The position numbers and the translations under genes were made by a program. Below, in pieces: positions 39,989-49,869 of a stretch of 64,000 bases of DNA. Source of the stretch: Deinococcales bacterium (lineage in GTDB: Bacteria; Deinococcota; Deinococci; Deinococcales; JAAFIG01); the NCBI GenBank assembly GCA_031414595.1, contig JANNVX010000004.1, positions 17,047 through 81,046 on the forward strand. The letters run 5' to 3'. The first letter of the stretch is position 1; every line of letters begins with the position of its first letter. The notes beneath the pieces are model-generated. The model searched no databases, had not been told where the DNA came from, and saw only the letters and a program-made list of their open reading frames with translations.

Positions 39989-40579
39989 TTGAAACCCCGT
40001 CTGATTGTCTTGATTTCTGGCGCTGGAACAAACCTCCAAGCCCTGATAGATGCTGTGCAGAACGATATTCTCGAGATGGAAATTGCATTAGTTGTCTCAA
40101 ATCGCAAAGCTGCATTTGGTCTCGAGCGAGCTAAAAATGCTGGTATCCCCACGCTGTATTTTCCCTTAAAACCCTATAAAGATGCCGGCAAAACTCGAGA
40201 AGATTTTGACACCGATTTAGCCAAAATTCTCGAGCAGCACAACCCAGATTTAATTGTTTTAGCGGGTTGGATGCACATTGATTCTGGTGCGTTATGTCAG
40301 ACTTTTCTTGGGCGAATTATTAACTTGCACCCAGCCTTACCCAACGAATTTGCTGGCGCTCATGCGATAGAAGATGCTTTTGCTGCGTGGCAACGCGGTG
40401 AAATCTCGAGGTCGGGCTGCATGGTGCATCATGTGATTCCAGAATTGGACGCAGGAGAAGTGATTGTAACAAAGGAAATACCGTTTATGGTAGGTGATAC
40501 GCTCGAGACATTTGCATCTCGAGTACATGAAGCTGAACACCAGATTATTGTAGAAGCCACAAAGAAAATGCTTTCGTAG
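39989..40579 (+). CDS. purN: Phosphoribosylglycinamide formyltransferase
   Basis: LISGAGTNLQA, LAGWMHI, INLHPALP and LDAG motifs; TTG start with AGGA RBS. Confidence 0.95.
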   Translation: MKPRLIVLISGAGTNLQALIDAVQNDILEMEIALVVSNRKAAFGLERAKNAGIPTLYFPLKPYKDAGKTREDFDTDLAKILEQHNPDLIVLAGWMHIDSGALCQTFLGRIINLHPALPNEFAGAHAIEDAFAAWQRGEISRSGCMVHHVIPELDAGEVIVTKEIPFMVGDTLETFASRVHEAEHQIIVEATKKMLS

Positions 40580-40601
40580 GGGCGAACCTTGTGTTCGCCC
40601 T
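40576..40601 (+). repeat. GTAG-type REP supplying the purN stop codon
   Basis: GTAGGGGCGAACCTTGTGTTCGCCCT; TAG at 40577-40579. Confidence 0.85.
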
Positions 40602-40660
40602 GTGCAGCACATGCCCTTTTCAAGAATGTCCAGCAAGACATCCATTGGAGGAGAAATAAA

Positions 40661-43600
40661 ATGTCCACATACCGAATTGAAATCCGCAACCGTAATAATC
40701 TCGAGGTCAACCGCTCAAGACTATACTTTGTCAAAGCCCTAATTCTCGAGCAGCAAGCAGTCGAACGCCTCTGCCGTGAAGTCTTATGCGACCCTGTGAC
40801 CGAATCATTTGTCGTGCAAACCGTAGGGGCGAGGCATGCCTCGCCCCTACAACCAAACATTTCTTTTTTTGAATTAACCCTCCAAGCTGGTGTAACCGAT
40901 TCTGCCGCCGAAAGCCTGCTCGAGGCGGCAAAAATCTTAAGCATCCCGCTCGAGTCGGCTGCGACTGGCGAACGCTTTGAATATGCCCAAGAAACCACAC
41001 TCGAGGAACTAAAAGTCTTAGCCCATGAACGTGCCAACGAAGTCATCGAACGCTTCACCTTAAACCAAGAAATCACCCCACCATTTGTTGAACACGCGAA
41101 CCTTTCCAGCGCCGAAGTCGAGTACACCGATTTGCGTGGCGTAACTGATGCCCGTCTGCTTGAGGTATCCAAGGAACGCCGCCTAGCACTGGATTTACTC
41201 GAGATGCAAGCTGTTAAAGCCTATTATGAAAAAGAAAACCGCCCAGCCGCCGATGTTGAACTCGAGATGATTGCCCAAACGTGGTCAGAGCATTGTGTCC
41301 ATAAGACCTTTCGGGCGCGTATCGAAACCAACACGGGCGAAGTGGTGAATGGCTTACTGAAAACCTTTATCGCCAAAGCCACCAAAGACTTAAATAAATC
41401 GTGGGTGCGCTCAGCATTTGTAGATAACGCTGGAATTATCGAATTCGATGATGATTATGATGTGGCTGTGAAAGTCGAAACCCATAATCATCCAAGCGCC
41501 CTCGAGCCGTTTGGTGGGGCAAATACCGGTGTCGGTGGCGTGATTCGTGATGTGCTGGCATTGGGCGCAAAACCGATTGCCAATATGGATGTCTTGTGCT
41601 TTGGGAGTCTCGAGCAGGAATCTGTGCCAGACGGTGTGCTGCACCCTAAACGTGTTCAAGAAGGTGTGGTGCGAGGCATCGAAGACTACGGCAATAAAAT
41701 GGGTATTCCGACGGTCAATGGTGCGGTTTTGTACCACAAGGGTTATACCGCCAATCCACTGGTGTACTGCGGTTGCGTGGGTATCTTGCCAGCCTCGGTT
41801 AAAAACGCTAAGCCGCTCGAGGCAAAAGCAGGGGATTTAATCATCGCTATCGGTGGACGAACTGGGCGCGATGGTTTGCGCGGCGCGACCTTCTCGAGTT
41901 TAGAAATGGACACCAGCACTGCCGAAATTGCCAGTACCAGTGTACAAATTGGGCAGCCAATCACCGAGAAAAAAGTTCAAGAAGTGTTGCTTCGAGCTAA
42001 AGCCGAAGGTTTGTATACCGCCATGACCGATTGTGGTGCGGGTGGCTTCTCGAGCGCCGTCGGAGAAATGGGCAAAGACCTAGGCGCGTACATTCGCCTC
42101 GAGAATGCGCTCTTAAAGTATCCCGGTTTGCGCCCATGGGAAATCTGGTTATCCGAAGCCCAAGAACGCATGGTGCTGAGTGTGCCGCAGGGGAATTTAG
42201 AACCTTTACAAACCCTGTGCGATTCTCAAGATGTTGAACTGGTTCACTTGGGAGAGTTCACCGACTCCGAACGACTTGTTCTAACCCATGAAGGCAAAAC
42301 CGTTGGAGAACTTGACCTCGAGTTCCTGCATGAAGGCATTCCACAACGTCAACTAAAAGCCACTGTAGGGGAGAGGTATGCTTCGACCCTGACCGAGCGC
42401 GACCCTCGAGAAATAGACCCCGAAATAGATTTATTAAATTTACTAGCACACCCAAACATCCGTTCTCGAGAAAAAATTATTCGCCTTTTTGACCATGAAA
42501 TCAAAGGCGGCACCGCTGTTCGTCCTCTGGTTGGTGCTGCCAATCATGGACCCTCCGACGCAGCCGTGATTATTCCCAATCCGGGCAAGTCCCAAAAAGC
42601 CTTGGCGATTTCTAACGGCATCTGCCCGCAATTTGGCTTGTCCGACCCCTACGCCATGACATGGGCAGCCATAGACGAAGCCGTGCGAAACGCGGTTTGT
42701 GTTGGCGCTGACCCAGACCAAATTGCTATTCTCGATAATTTTTGCTGGGGCAACCCAACCCTGCCAGACCGCATGGGCAGCTTGCTCGAGACTTCACGGG
42801 CGTGTTATGACGCAGCGATGGCGTATGGCACACCATTTGTTTCGGGTAAGGACAGTTTGTACAACGAGTACACCGACGAGGACGGTAACAAACACGCCAT
42901 TCCGGGAACGCTTCTAATCTCTGCGATTGGAATTGTGCCAGACGCAACAAAAACTGTAACAATGGATTTCAAGCAAGCGGGTAATTTGGTCTATCTATTG
43001 GGCGAAACTCGAGATGAATTGGGTCAAAGCCATTACGCGCTCATGCACGGTCTCGAGGGTGGGATTGTACCGCAACCGATTCAGAATCCGCTCGAGCGTT
43101 ACCGCGCTGTGCACCAAGCCATTCAAGAGGGTTTAGTCCAAAGCGCTCATGATTGCTCAGAAGGTGGTTTAGCCGTTGCCTTATCCGAAATGTGCCTTGC
43201 TGGACGGCTTGGGATGAACTGGCAACTGCTGGGGGACAACCAAGACCCTGTTTTTGATACCCAGACCATTTTATTTTCGGAAACGGCTGGTAGAATTGTT
43301 CTCGAGGTACGCCCAGAACACCAAGCACAACTCGAGATATTATTCGCGGGTATTTCACTCTCTCAAATTGGTTTGGTCACAGCCGAACCAGAATTCATTG
43401 TTTTTTTTGGAATGGATGAAGTCATAGAAACCCCCATTGATGTTCTCGAGATGGCATGGCGTGATGAAATCGCTCCAAATCCTGTTCCAACCGTAGGGGC
43501 GAGGCATGCCTCGCCCTTGCCCTCGCCCGTCGTAAAAGCAGGACAGACACAGGGGGCTGTCCCTACAAGTACAACAAAAACCAAAACCATAATTATTCAT

Positions 43601-44320
43601 GCCAACGGCACAAACCGAGACCACGATGCAGCCTTGGCGGTTGAATTGGCTGGTGGAAACCCAGAAATTGTGCATTTGAACCAGCTTTTTGCTGGTCAGC
43701 GCAAACTCGAGGATTACGGTTTTTTAATTGTTCCTGGTGGTTTTTCGTATGGCGACGACCTCGGGGCAGGGGTGATGTGGGCTTTGGCATTGCGTGAAGG
43801 TCTTGGCGAACAACTCGAGAATTTTGTCTCGAGCGGCAAGCCAGTCTTGGGGATCTGCAATGGTTTCCAAACACTGGTAAAAGCGGGTGTCCTACCGGGC
43901 GGTTTTGAACCAAGAACCAGTACCCTGACGTACAACGCCCAAGGACATTTTGAATGCCGTTGGGTGACACTCGAGGCGAATCAAAACTCGAGCAGTTTTT
44001 GGTTGGCGGGTTTAGATGATGGTCTGGACACACCCATTGCCCACGGTGAAGGACGTTTCTTGTGTGATGATACAACCCTAGCGCATCTCGAGGAAAACAA
44101 CTTAGTGGCACTGCGTTACCTTGGCGATGAATACCCCACCAACCCAAACGGCAGCCTCTCGAGAATCGCGGGAATTACCAACGTGGCGGGCAATGTGCTT
44201 GGGCTAATGCCGCACCCAGAAAATCATATTTTTGATTGGCAACATCCGCGTTATCATCGTGGTGAGCGTGGGCGCAGTGGCTTGACGCTTTTTGAGAATG
44301 CGTTAAAGCAGATAAAATGA
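40661..44320 (+). CDS. purL: Single-chain FGAM synthase (PurL with fused PurQ glutaminase domain)
   Basis: QTWSEHCVHK, KVETHNHPS, DCGAGG, SEAQERM, PGGFSYGD, GICNGFQ and MPHPE motifs; GGAGG RBS before ATG 40661. Confidence 0.96.
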   Translation: MSTYRIEIRNRNNLEVNRSRLYFVKALILEQQAVERLCREVLCDPVTESFVVQTVGARHASPLQPNISFFELTLQAGVTDSAAESLLEAAKILSIPLESAATGERFEYAQETTLEELKVLAHERANEVIERFTLNQEITPPFVEHANLSSAEVEYTDLRGVTDARLLEVSKERRLALDLLEMQAVKAYYEKENRPAADVELEMIAQTWSEHCVHKTFRARIETNTGEVVNGLLKTFIAKATKDLNKSWVRSAFVDNAGIIEFDDDYDVAVKVETHNHPSALEPFGGANTGVGGVIRDVLALGAKPIANMDVLCFGSLEQESVPDGVLHPKRVQEGVVRGIEDYGNKMGIPTVNGAVLYHKGYTANPLVYCGCVGILPASVKNAKPLEAKAGDLIIAIGGRTGRDGLRGATFSSLEMDTSTAEIASTSVQIGQPITEKKVQEVLLRAKAEGLYTAMTDCGAGGFSSAVGEMGKDLGAYIRLENALLKYPGLRPWEIWLSEAQERMVLSVPQGNLEPLQTLCDSQDVELVHLGEFTDSERLVLTHEGKTVGELDLEFLHEGIPQRQLKATVGERYASTLTERDPREIDPEIDLLNLLAHPNIRSREKIIRLFDHEIKGGTAVRPLVGAANHGPSDAAVIIPNPGKSQKALAISNGICPQFGLSDPYAMTWAAIDEAVRNAVCVGADPDQIAILDNFCWGNPTLPDRMGSLLETSRACYDAAMAYGTPFVSGKDSLYNEYTDEDGNKHAIPGTLLISAIGIVPDATKTVTMDFKQAGNLVYLLGETRDELGQSHYALMHGLEGGIVPQPIQNPLERYRAVHQAIQEGLVQSAHDCSEGGLAVALSEMCLAGRLGMNWQLLGDNQDPVFDTQTILFSETAGRIVLEVRPEHQAQLEILFAGISLSQIGLVTAEPEFIVFFGMDEVIETPIDVLEMAWRDEIAPNPVPTVGARHASPLPSPVVKAGQTQGAVPTSTTKTKTIIIHANGTNRDHDAALAVELAGGNPEIVHLNQLFAGQRKLEDYGFLIVPGGFSYGDDLGAGVMWALALREGLGEQLENFVSSGKPVLGICNGFQTLVKAGVLPGGFEPRTSTLTYNAQGHFECRWVTLEANQNSSSFWLAGLDDGLDTPIAHGEGRFLCDDTTLAHLEENNLVALRYLGDEYPTNPNGSLSRIAGITNVAGNVLGLMPHPENHIFDWQHPRYHRGERGRSGLTLFENALKQIK
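40823..40850. repeat. Perfect 28-bp GTAG REP palindrome in-frame in purL
   Basis: GTAGGGGCGAGGCATGCCTCGCCCCTAC, read as VGARHASPL. Confidence 0.92.
42365..42394 (+). repeat. Degenerate GTAG REP in-frame in purL
   Basis: GTAGGGGAGAGGTATGCTTCGACCCTGACC, read as VGERYASTLT. Confidence 0.7.
43493..43566. repeat. Inverted REP doublet in the PurL-PurQ linker
   Basis: GTAGGGGCGAGGCATGCCTCGCCCT ... GGACAGACACAGGGGGCTGTCCCTAC. Confidence 0.88.
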
Positions 44321-44838
44321 CAAATCGGGAATTGTACCTTCATGTCAGTGCGATTTGTCAGGGAACGACTCACTCACTCGAGGATTATTTACTTGCCTTG
44401 TATACCTTGACTAAAGATTGTCCAGAAGATTCTATTCCGATTGGCAATTTTGCAGCTTTTCTTGAACAGGCTTTTGTGATTGAACCCTTGCCTTTTGATG
44501 AACAATGGTTTGAGATAAGCGTCCTAACCCTCAATTCTTGGCATGAGCTTTTGGCTTTTCAGATTGCCGATTTACGACGAATGCGTGTGGCGGGTTTATT
44601 AGACGGAATGAATACTTATTTTGGGATAGATTCTTCAAGCGGTGTTCGTTGGTACAATCTTGAACCCCTGACTTATTTGGAGTGTGCTGTACGGGGAACA
44701 TTTGGCGGATACGAAGCCGATGAGGTAATTATTTTGGTCTCAAGCCCCGATGGTGATAACAGTGAAGTATTTGCAATTGAATCAATCAGTGAACATGACT
44801 TTTTTAATTTTTTACAGTGCGGCGCAACTTATGAATAA
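44317..44838 (+). CDS. Hypothetical acidic protein
   Basis: 173-aa ORF coupled to the purL stop. Confidence 0.6.
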   Translation: MTNRELYLHVSAICQGTTHSLEDYLLALYTLTKDCPEDSIPIGNFAAFLEQAFVIEPLPFDEQWFEISVLTLNSWHELLAFQIADLRRMRVAGLLDGMNTYFGIDSSSGVRWYNLEPLTYLECAVRGTFGGYEADEVIILVSSPDGDNSEVFAIESISEHDFFNFLQCGATYE

Positions 44839-44858
44839 TTGCTTTAATCTAAGACTAA

Positions 44859-45305
44859 TTAAAACCCAAATGCCTCGAGAACCACAGGCGGTATGCGTTT
44901 TGGGCGGTTGGTCACTGGGTCTATCCAAACCCAATTGGTTTTGATTTGTACCAATAGCGCATTGTCCTCGAGCCGTCGCATTTCGTGGTAGCGCACAGCC
45001 CTGAATCCAGCGCATTCGGCTGTCCATGTGGTGTCCTCGAGCGTATCACCGAGTATCGCCGATTTGTGGTACTTAATGATGTGTCCGTGAACCACGGGAA
45101 CAATCCCTAGGCTTTTCATTTTATTAAATGGCATTCCGAGTTTTGCCGAGTGAATTATTGCGGCAGTGTCGGCATAGCGCAGGTAAACACTGTTATTCAC
45201 ATGTTCGAGTTCGTCTATATCGGCAAGGGCAACAATAAAATCTTGTTTGTGATGCCGGCGCTCGGGGAGTGACGGGTCAAAGTTTTGAAATTCAAATTCG
45301 GGCAT
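44859..45305 (-). CDS. Acyl-CoA thioesterase (4HBT/YbgC-like)
   Basis: DIDELEHVNNSVYLRY motif. Confidence 0.88.
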   Translation of the reverse strand: MPEFEFQNFDPSLPERRHHKQDFIVALADIDELEHVNNSVYLRYADTAAIIHSAKLGMPFNKMKSLGIVPVVHGHIIKYHKSAILGDTLEDTTWTAECAGFRAVRYHEMRRLEDNALLVQIKTNWVWIDPVTNRPKRIPPVVLEAFGF

Positions 45306-45339
45306 TGGTAACAGCCTAGCATTTGTGACTCGAGACAAA

Positions 45340-45368
45340 AAAGCGGCTACTCGAGGGCAGCCGCTTTT
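45340..45368. terminator. Bidirectional terminator
   Basis: AAAGCGGCT..AGCCGCTTTT with CTCGAG in the loop. Confidence 0.75.
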
Positions 45369-45415
45369 AGGGGTCTGGTTTTTAGCTTAAAACTAGAAGC
45401 TAGAAGCTGTCGTCC

Positions 45416-46288
45416 TTATCCTTTTGTCGCACCAACAGTTAAGCCACCAATAAAGTAGCGTTGTAGTGCAAAGAAAACAATTAAAGTTGGAGCGCAAGCG
45501 ATGATGCTTCCTGCCACAATCAACGGGTAGTCGGTGGTGAATTGTCCACGTAAATTGGCTAAACCAGTGGTGATGGGTTTTAAGGAGTTATCGGTGATTA
45601 AGACCAATGCCCAGAGGTAATCGTTAAAAATCCAAGTGAACTCGAGGGTAGCAAGGCTGGCGATCCCCGGCATCATTAACGGAAAAGCAATCCGTAGAAA
45701 AATTGTCCATTCGGTTGCGCCGTCTATCATGGCGCTTTCAAAGAGGCTGGCGGGTACGGTTTTCATAAAGTTTCGCAGTACAAAAGTGCAAAATGCCAGT
45801 TGGAAAGCTGTATGAAAGAAAATCAATGCCCAATAGGTGTTGTACACCCCTAGGTCGTTGGTCAGCTTAAAGACTGGCAGCAGCAGCATTTGAAAAGGCA
45901 GCAGTAAGCCAGCCACAAACATATAGTACAAGGGTTTGGCTAACTTAAATTGAAAACGAACCAAGGCATAAGCGCACATGCTGGCAAGCATGATGCAGCC
46001 AATTAGGGATGGGATGGTGACAATAAAGCTGTTTAAGAGGTATTTGTCTATGCCCATTTTGCCCCAAGCCTTTACATAATTATCTAAGGAGATGCTTTCG
46101 GGGATACTCCAGAACCCCCTTGCATTAAAGTCATCAAAGCCGCGCAAACTGGTCAGAATCGAACCAACAATTGGAATCAGCCAGATAAACGCACCAATCC
46201 AAACGATGGTCAGAATGATAGGATGAACGCCTCTTTTCTTTTCTTTTCTCGAGCCTGTGGTTGGAATATTTTTGGTAATGGCACTCAT
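45416..46288 (-). CDS. Carbohydrate ABC transporter permease
   Basis: EAA-like ESAMIDGA; FNDYLWAL; QRYFIGGL..GA.KG. Confidence 0.92.
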   Translation of the reverse strand: MSAITKNIPTTGSRKEKKRGVHPIILTIVWIGAFIWLIPIVGSILTSLRGFDDFNARGFWSIPESISLDNYVKAWGKMGIDKYLLNSFIVTIPSLIGCIMLASMCAYALVRFQFKLAKPLYYMFVAGLLLPFQMLLLPVFKLTNDLGVYNTYWALIFFHTAFQLAFCTFVLRNFMKTVPASLFESAMIDGATEWTIFLRIAFPLMMPGIASLATLEFTWIFNDYLWALVLITDNSLKPITTGLANLRGQFTTDYPLIVAGSIIACAPTLIVFFALQRYFIGGLTVGATKG

Positions 46289-47205
46289 TAGCTTTCCTCC
46301 TGTTTCATGACTTCACGTAAGTACAAGAAAATAAAGATGAGACTGATACCAAACAGCACCACAGCTATACTGGCAGCGTATCCCATGCGGTAATCTTCAA
46401 AACTGAGGTACATGTAATTTGCCAGCACGTTACTCGAGTCAAATGGGTTGCCCCTGGTCATGATGTTGACCATATCAAATGAACGCAAGCTGTCTATAAC
46501 GCTGATGACCACCACAATTGTGGTGACTGGCGCAAGCATTGGAAAGACCATGTAGCGAAACAGTGTCCAGCCTTCTGCCCCATCCATTTTAGCTGCCTCG
46601 AGAACTTCTTGGTCTACGGTTTTTAGCCCAGCCAAATAAAGAATCATCACATAGCCAACTTGTCGCCAAACGGCTGCACCGATGACACTCCAAATTGCTA
46701 GGTTAGGGTCGCCTAACCACTGAATTTTATAGGCTTCGTCGCCAATAAACAGTGATAAGAAGGTATTCAGTAAGCCAGAACGTGGATTGTAAATGCCTTG
46801 CGCCCAAACCAAGGCGGTGACCACAGTGGCAAGCACAAGTGGCAAGTAATAAGCAACTTTGAGGAAACGATCAAATTTAACATCAGTGTTTAAGACCATC
46901 GCTAAACCAAGTCCAGCCGCAGGTGGAATGGTAATAAATACAAGTATCCAAAGGATATTGTTACGGATTGATTTTTGAAACGGCTCTTCGCCAAGTAAGC
47001 GCTGAAAATTTTCTAAACCCACCGAGTTCCATGTTTTTGAAAGCCCATCCCAATCTGTGGTGGAAAGAAGTAGTGTTTGGAAAGTCGGATAGATTACCCA
47101 GACAATATACAACCCTAATGGAACGGCTAAAAATGAAAGAATGTTCAAAAATTGACGTTGGGCGCGTTGCTGCCGATTGACCGTCCGCACAGGTGCTTGC
47201 ACCAT
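46288..47205 (-). CDS. Carbohydrate ABC transporter permease
   Basis: VGLENF, LYLAGL and EAAKMDGA motifs; GAAGGAGG RBS. Confidence 0.92.
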   Translation of the reverse strand: MVQAPVRTVNRQQRAQRQFLNILSFLAVPLGLYIVWVIYPTFQTLLLSTTDWDGLSKTWNSVGLENFQRLLGEEPFQKSIRNNILWILVFITIPPAAGLGLAMVLNTDVKFDRFLKVAYYLPLVLATVVTALVWAQGIYNPRSGLLNTFLSLFIGDEAYKIQWLGDPNLAIWSVIGAAVWRQVGYVMILYLAGLKTVDQEVLEAAKMDGAEGWTLFRYMVFPMLAPVTTIVVVISVIDSLRSFDMVNIMTRGNPFDSSNVLANYMYLSFEDYRMGYAASIAVVLFGISLIFIFLYLREVMKQEES

Positions 47206-47343
47206 GAAATCCTCCTTCTCGAGTTTGAATGATCTATAGTTTACACCCAACTCGAGGTGCAAAGTCCAAGATTACCGTTGGTAAGTAAGCAACGTAAAAC
47301 CCGCCCCCGAATCTGAGGGCGGGGCATTTTACACAAAGCAAGT

Positions 47344-48600
47344 TTATTTGAAAATACGAACTCGAGCAGCTTCTAAGCGCTTCAAGATGTTGTCAATGCT
47401 GCTTGGATTTGACATAAATTCTTGGAAGCCTTTCATGCCAATGGTTGCCATTTCTGGGTCAGTGTCACGGTCGTAGAATTGGGCGATTGCGTCAGCCTTG
47501 TTGATGATCGTGTTTTGGGCTTTAGCAATTTGTGGCTTGGAAGCATACAAGCTATTGTCAACATCGGTACGTGGGGCAAGACGACCAAGGTCTTTGACAC
47601 CCAATTCCATGTTTTCTTTACCAGCAATGTAACCAAGGAACAACTTAGCGTTTTCCATGTTTGGTGCTTGGGCTGGGATGAAGTAACCATCGGTTGGGGC
47701 TTCTTCGCCAACTTGTTGCTTAGGATCAATGATTGGGAATCTAAAGAAATCGAGTTGGGTCTTTTCGTTGCCGTCTTTCCATTGGTCACGAAGGAAGTCA
47801 CCCATCAGGAACATTGCGCCTTTTGGTTCGGTGGCAGACATTAATGCCGCCGCTTCGTGCCAATCTAAGCTGGCGCTGTCGGAGTTAAAGCACTTCTTGT
47901 CTAACATTTGCTTCCAGTACGTAAAGACTTTGCGAACTCGAGCATCGGTGTAAGGAATTTTACCATCGGTCACATCAAAGTGGAATTTTGGTCCGTTGAC
48001 GCGCATATTGAGGAAATCAAACCAACCGCCCAAGGGCCACAAGAACTTGCTGCCTGTCACCATTGGTGTTACGCCAGCCGCATTGAGCTTATCGCAAAGG
48101 GACAGCATTTGTGTCCAAGTTTGAGCTTCTTTCAAACCGAGTTTAGCAAACAAGTCTTTGCGGTAGTAAACTGCCCACCAGTAGTAATTGGTTGGCACAA
48201 AGACAAACTTACCATTGGACTTAGAAAGCTCCTGCATACCCTTTGGAAAGGACTTGGTAAAACCATTCTTGGTCCAAACATCGCCAATGTCGGCTGCCAA
48301 ACCACGCTCCGAGAAAGCCCGCATACGGTTGCCAGCAAACCAAGTCAGCACGTCTGGTGGATTATCAGAAGCCAAGTAGGTACGAATAGCGGTCTTGAAA
48401 CCTTCGTGGTCTACAGTGTTGTGAGTAACATTAATCCCGGGGTATGCCTTTTTGAAACGAGCCACTTGACCTTCGTCGAATGCGCGTGGATCAGGGTCGG
48501 AGGCGTTGGAGTTGTACACCAATTTACCGCTACCTTGAGCCATAACCACTGCTGCGCTTGCTGCAACAGCACCGAGTGCCACTAAAAGCCACTTTTTCAT
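47344..48600 (-). CDS. Sugar ABC transporter substrate-binding protein
   Basis: Signal peptide MKKWLLVALG; SBP_bac_1-like PPDVLTWFAG, YYRKDLF; GGAG RBS. Confidence 0.9.
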   Translation of the reverse strand: MKKWLLVALGAVAASAAVVMAQGSGKLVYNSNASDPDPRAFDEGQVARFKKAYPGINVTHNTVDHEGFKTAIRTYLASDNPPDVLTWFAGNRMRAFSERGLAADIGDVWTKNGFTKSFPKGMQELSKSNGKFVFVPTNYYWWAVYYRKDLFAKLGLKEAQTWTQMLSLCDKLNAAGVTPMVTGSKFLWPLGGWFDFLNMRVNGPKFHFDVTDGKIPYTDARVRKVFTYWKQMLDKKCFNSDSASLDWHEAAALMSATEPKGAMFLMGDFLRDQWKDGNEKTQLDFFRFPIIDPKQQVGEEAPTDGYFIPAQAPNMENAKLFLGYIAGKENMELGVKDLGRLAPRTDVDNSLYASKPQIAKAQNTIINKADAIAQFYDRDTDPEMATIGMKGFQEFMSNPSSIDNILKRLEAARVRIFK

Positions 48601-48664
48601 CTTCACTCCTCCTGAGTTGTATTGCGAATGCCAGATTAACATAAAAATGTCTTGAAACAATGAA

Positions 48665-49624
48665 CTAGGTTTCTTTTTGCCTGACCTCCTGATGTTTCAT
48701 TGTGGATTCACGAATAATTAAATGGGGGGTAATCACTTGAGTTGGTGGTAATGCCTGACCACGTAATTTGGCAATTAAGAGCGCTGCTGCCCTCGAGCCT
48801 TGAATCTCGAGTGGTTGCTGCACGGTGGTTAAGGCTGGGGTAAAATGTTTAGCCAGTGGTATATCGTCAAAGCCAACCAAGGAAATATCTTGAGGGACTT
48901 GTAAACCCTTGTTGCGAAGGGCATGAACCAAGCCAAGTGCCACGTAATCGTTAGCGGCAAAAATAGCGCTAGGATTGGTTTGTAAGGCTGCCTCAAGCAG
49001 TGCATAACCACTTTCGGCAGTCCAGTCGCCAGCTAACCAAGCGGCGTTGGGGTAGGTCTCGAGTAGCCCAGCGTAACGCCCAGAAGCATGTGGAGCGCTG
49101 CTCGGACCTCCAACAAAAACCACGTTTTGATGCTTTAATTCGGCTAAGTGCTTGGCGACCAAGCGCCCACCATCACGGTGGTCTATTGGTGCATCATCGA
49201 GTTCGACAATCGGTAATTCGGTCAGGTATTGCTGCCCATGAAAATTTTGTGGCTCGAGAACCAGCACTCCATCCACCCGATGTTCTGCCAGCAACCCACC
49301 GTTGTCCGAAGCCGAATCAAAATCGGCAACCAACACACTATAGCCGTGTTGCCGTGCTTCGCGCTCTGCGCCAGAAAAGAAAATCCCAAAGTTTGGATCG
49401 GTTAAATGCGGTACAAGCATGGCGATTAAGTGGGTGCGTTGCGTAACCATGCTTCGGGCTGCCGCCGAAGGTCGGTAGCCAAGTTCGGAAATTGCGTTTA
49501 GAACACGTTTTTTGGTCTCTAAAGCGACATAAGGTTTATTGGACAGCACCCTCGAGACCGTTGGGTATGTGACCCCAGCAGCTTTAGCCACATCTTTAAT
49601 GGTCGGACGACGGGTTGGGGTCAT
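48665..49624 (-). CDS. LacI family transcriptional regulator
   Basis: TIKDVAKAAGV...TVSRVL, VPQDISLVGFDD and LTTV.QP motifs. Confidence 0.95.
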   Translation of the reverse strand: MTPTRRPTIKDVAKAAGVTYPTVSRVLSNKPYVALETKKRVLNAISELGYRPSAAARSMVTQRTHLIAMLVPHLTDPNFGIFFSGAEREARQHGYSVLVADFDSASDNGGLLAEHRVDGVLVLEPQNFHGQQYLTELPIVELDDAPIDHRDGGRLVAKHLAELKHQNVVFVGGPSSAPHASGRYAGLLETYPNAAWLAGDWTAESGYALLEAALQTNPSAIFAANDYVALGLVHALRNKGLQVPQDISLVGFDDIPLAKHFTPALTTVQQPLEIQGSRAAALLIAKLRGQALPPTQVITPHLIIRESTMKHQEVRQKET

Positions 49625-49677
49625 AAGGCAGCCTCGAGATAGAATAAACCATGCGTCTTTGACGGCAAGGTGAGTTC

Positions 49678-49703
49678 TGTAAACGTTTGTCTAAACGTGT
49701 GCA
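49678..49703. promoter_or_regulatory. Putative LacI-family operator(s)
   Basis: TGTAAACGTTTGTC followed by TAAACGTGTGCA, matching the AAAC-GTTT LacI core. Confidence 0.6.
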
Positions 49704-49869
49704 GAATACCCGTCAATCCCTAAGCTGTCAAGAGGGTGGACAAGATAATATCAATCCTAGACCCTTGTTGTTTTTCTCAGTCTCGAGTAATCTCAAATCT
49801 AAATGACTTTGTTGAGAATGGGCTTATGAAGCTAACGTAAACTAAATTTCAACACTCGAGAGGACGATT

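Noticed and set aside
45393-45408. CTAGAAG heptamer tandem
   Set aside because: Only about two units, too short to interpret
47422-48585. Long antisense ORFs over the sugar-binding protein gene (similar shadows over valS, purL and mfd)
   Set aside because: Shadow frames caused by codon bias of the real genes
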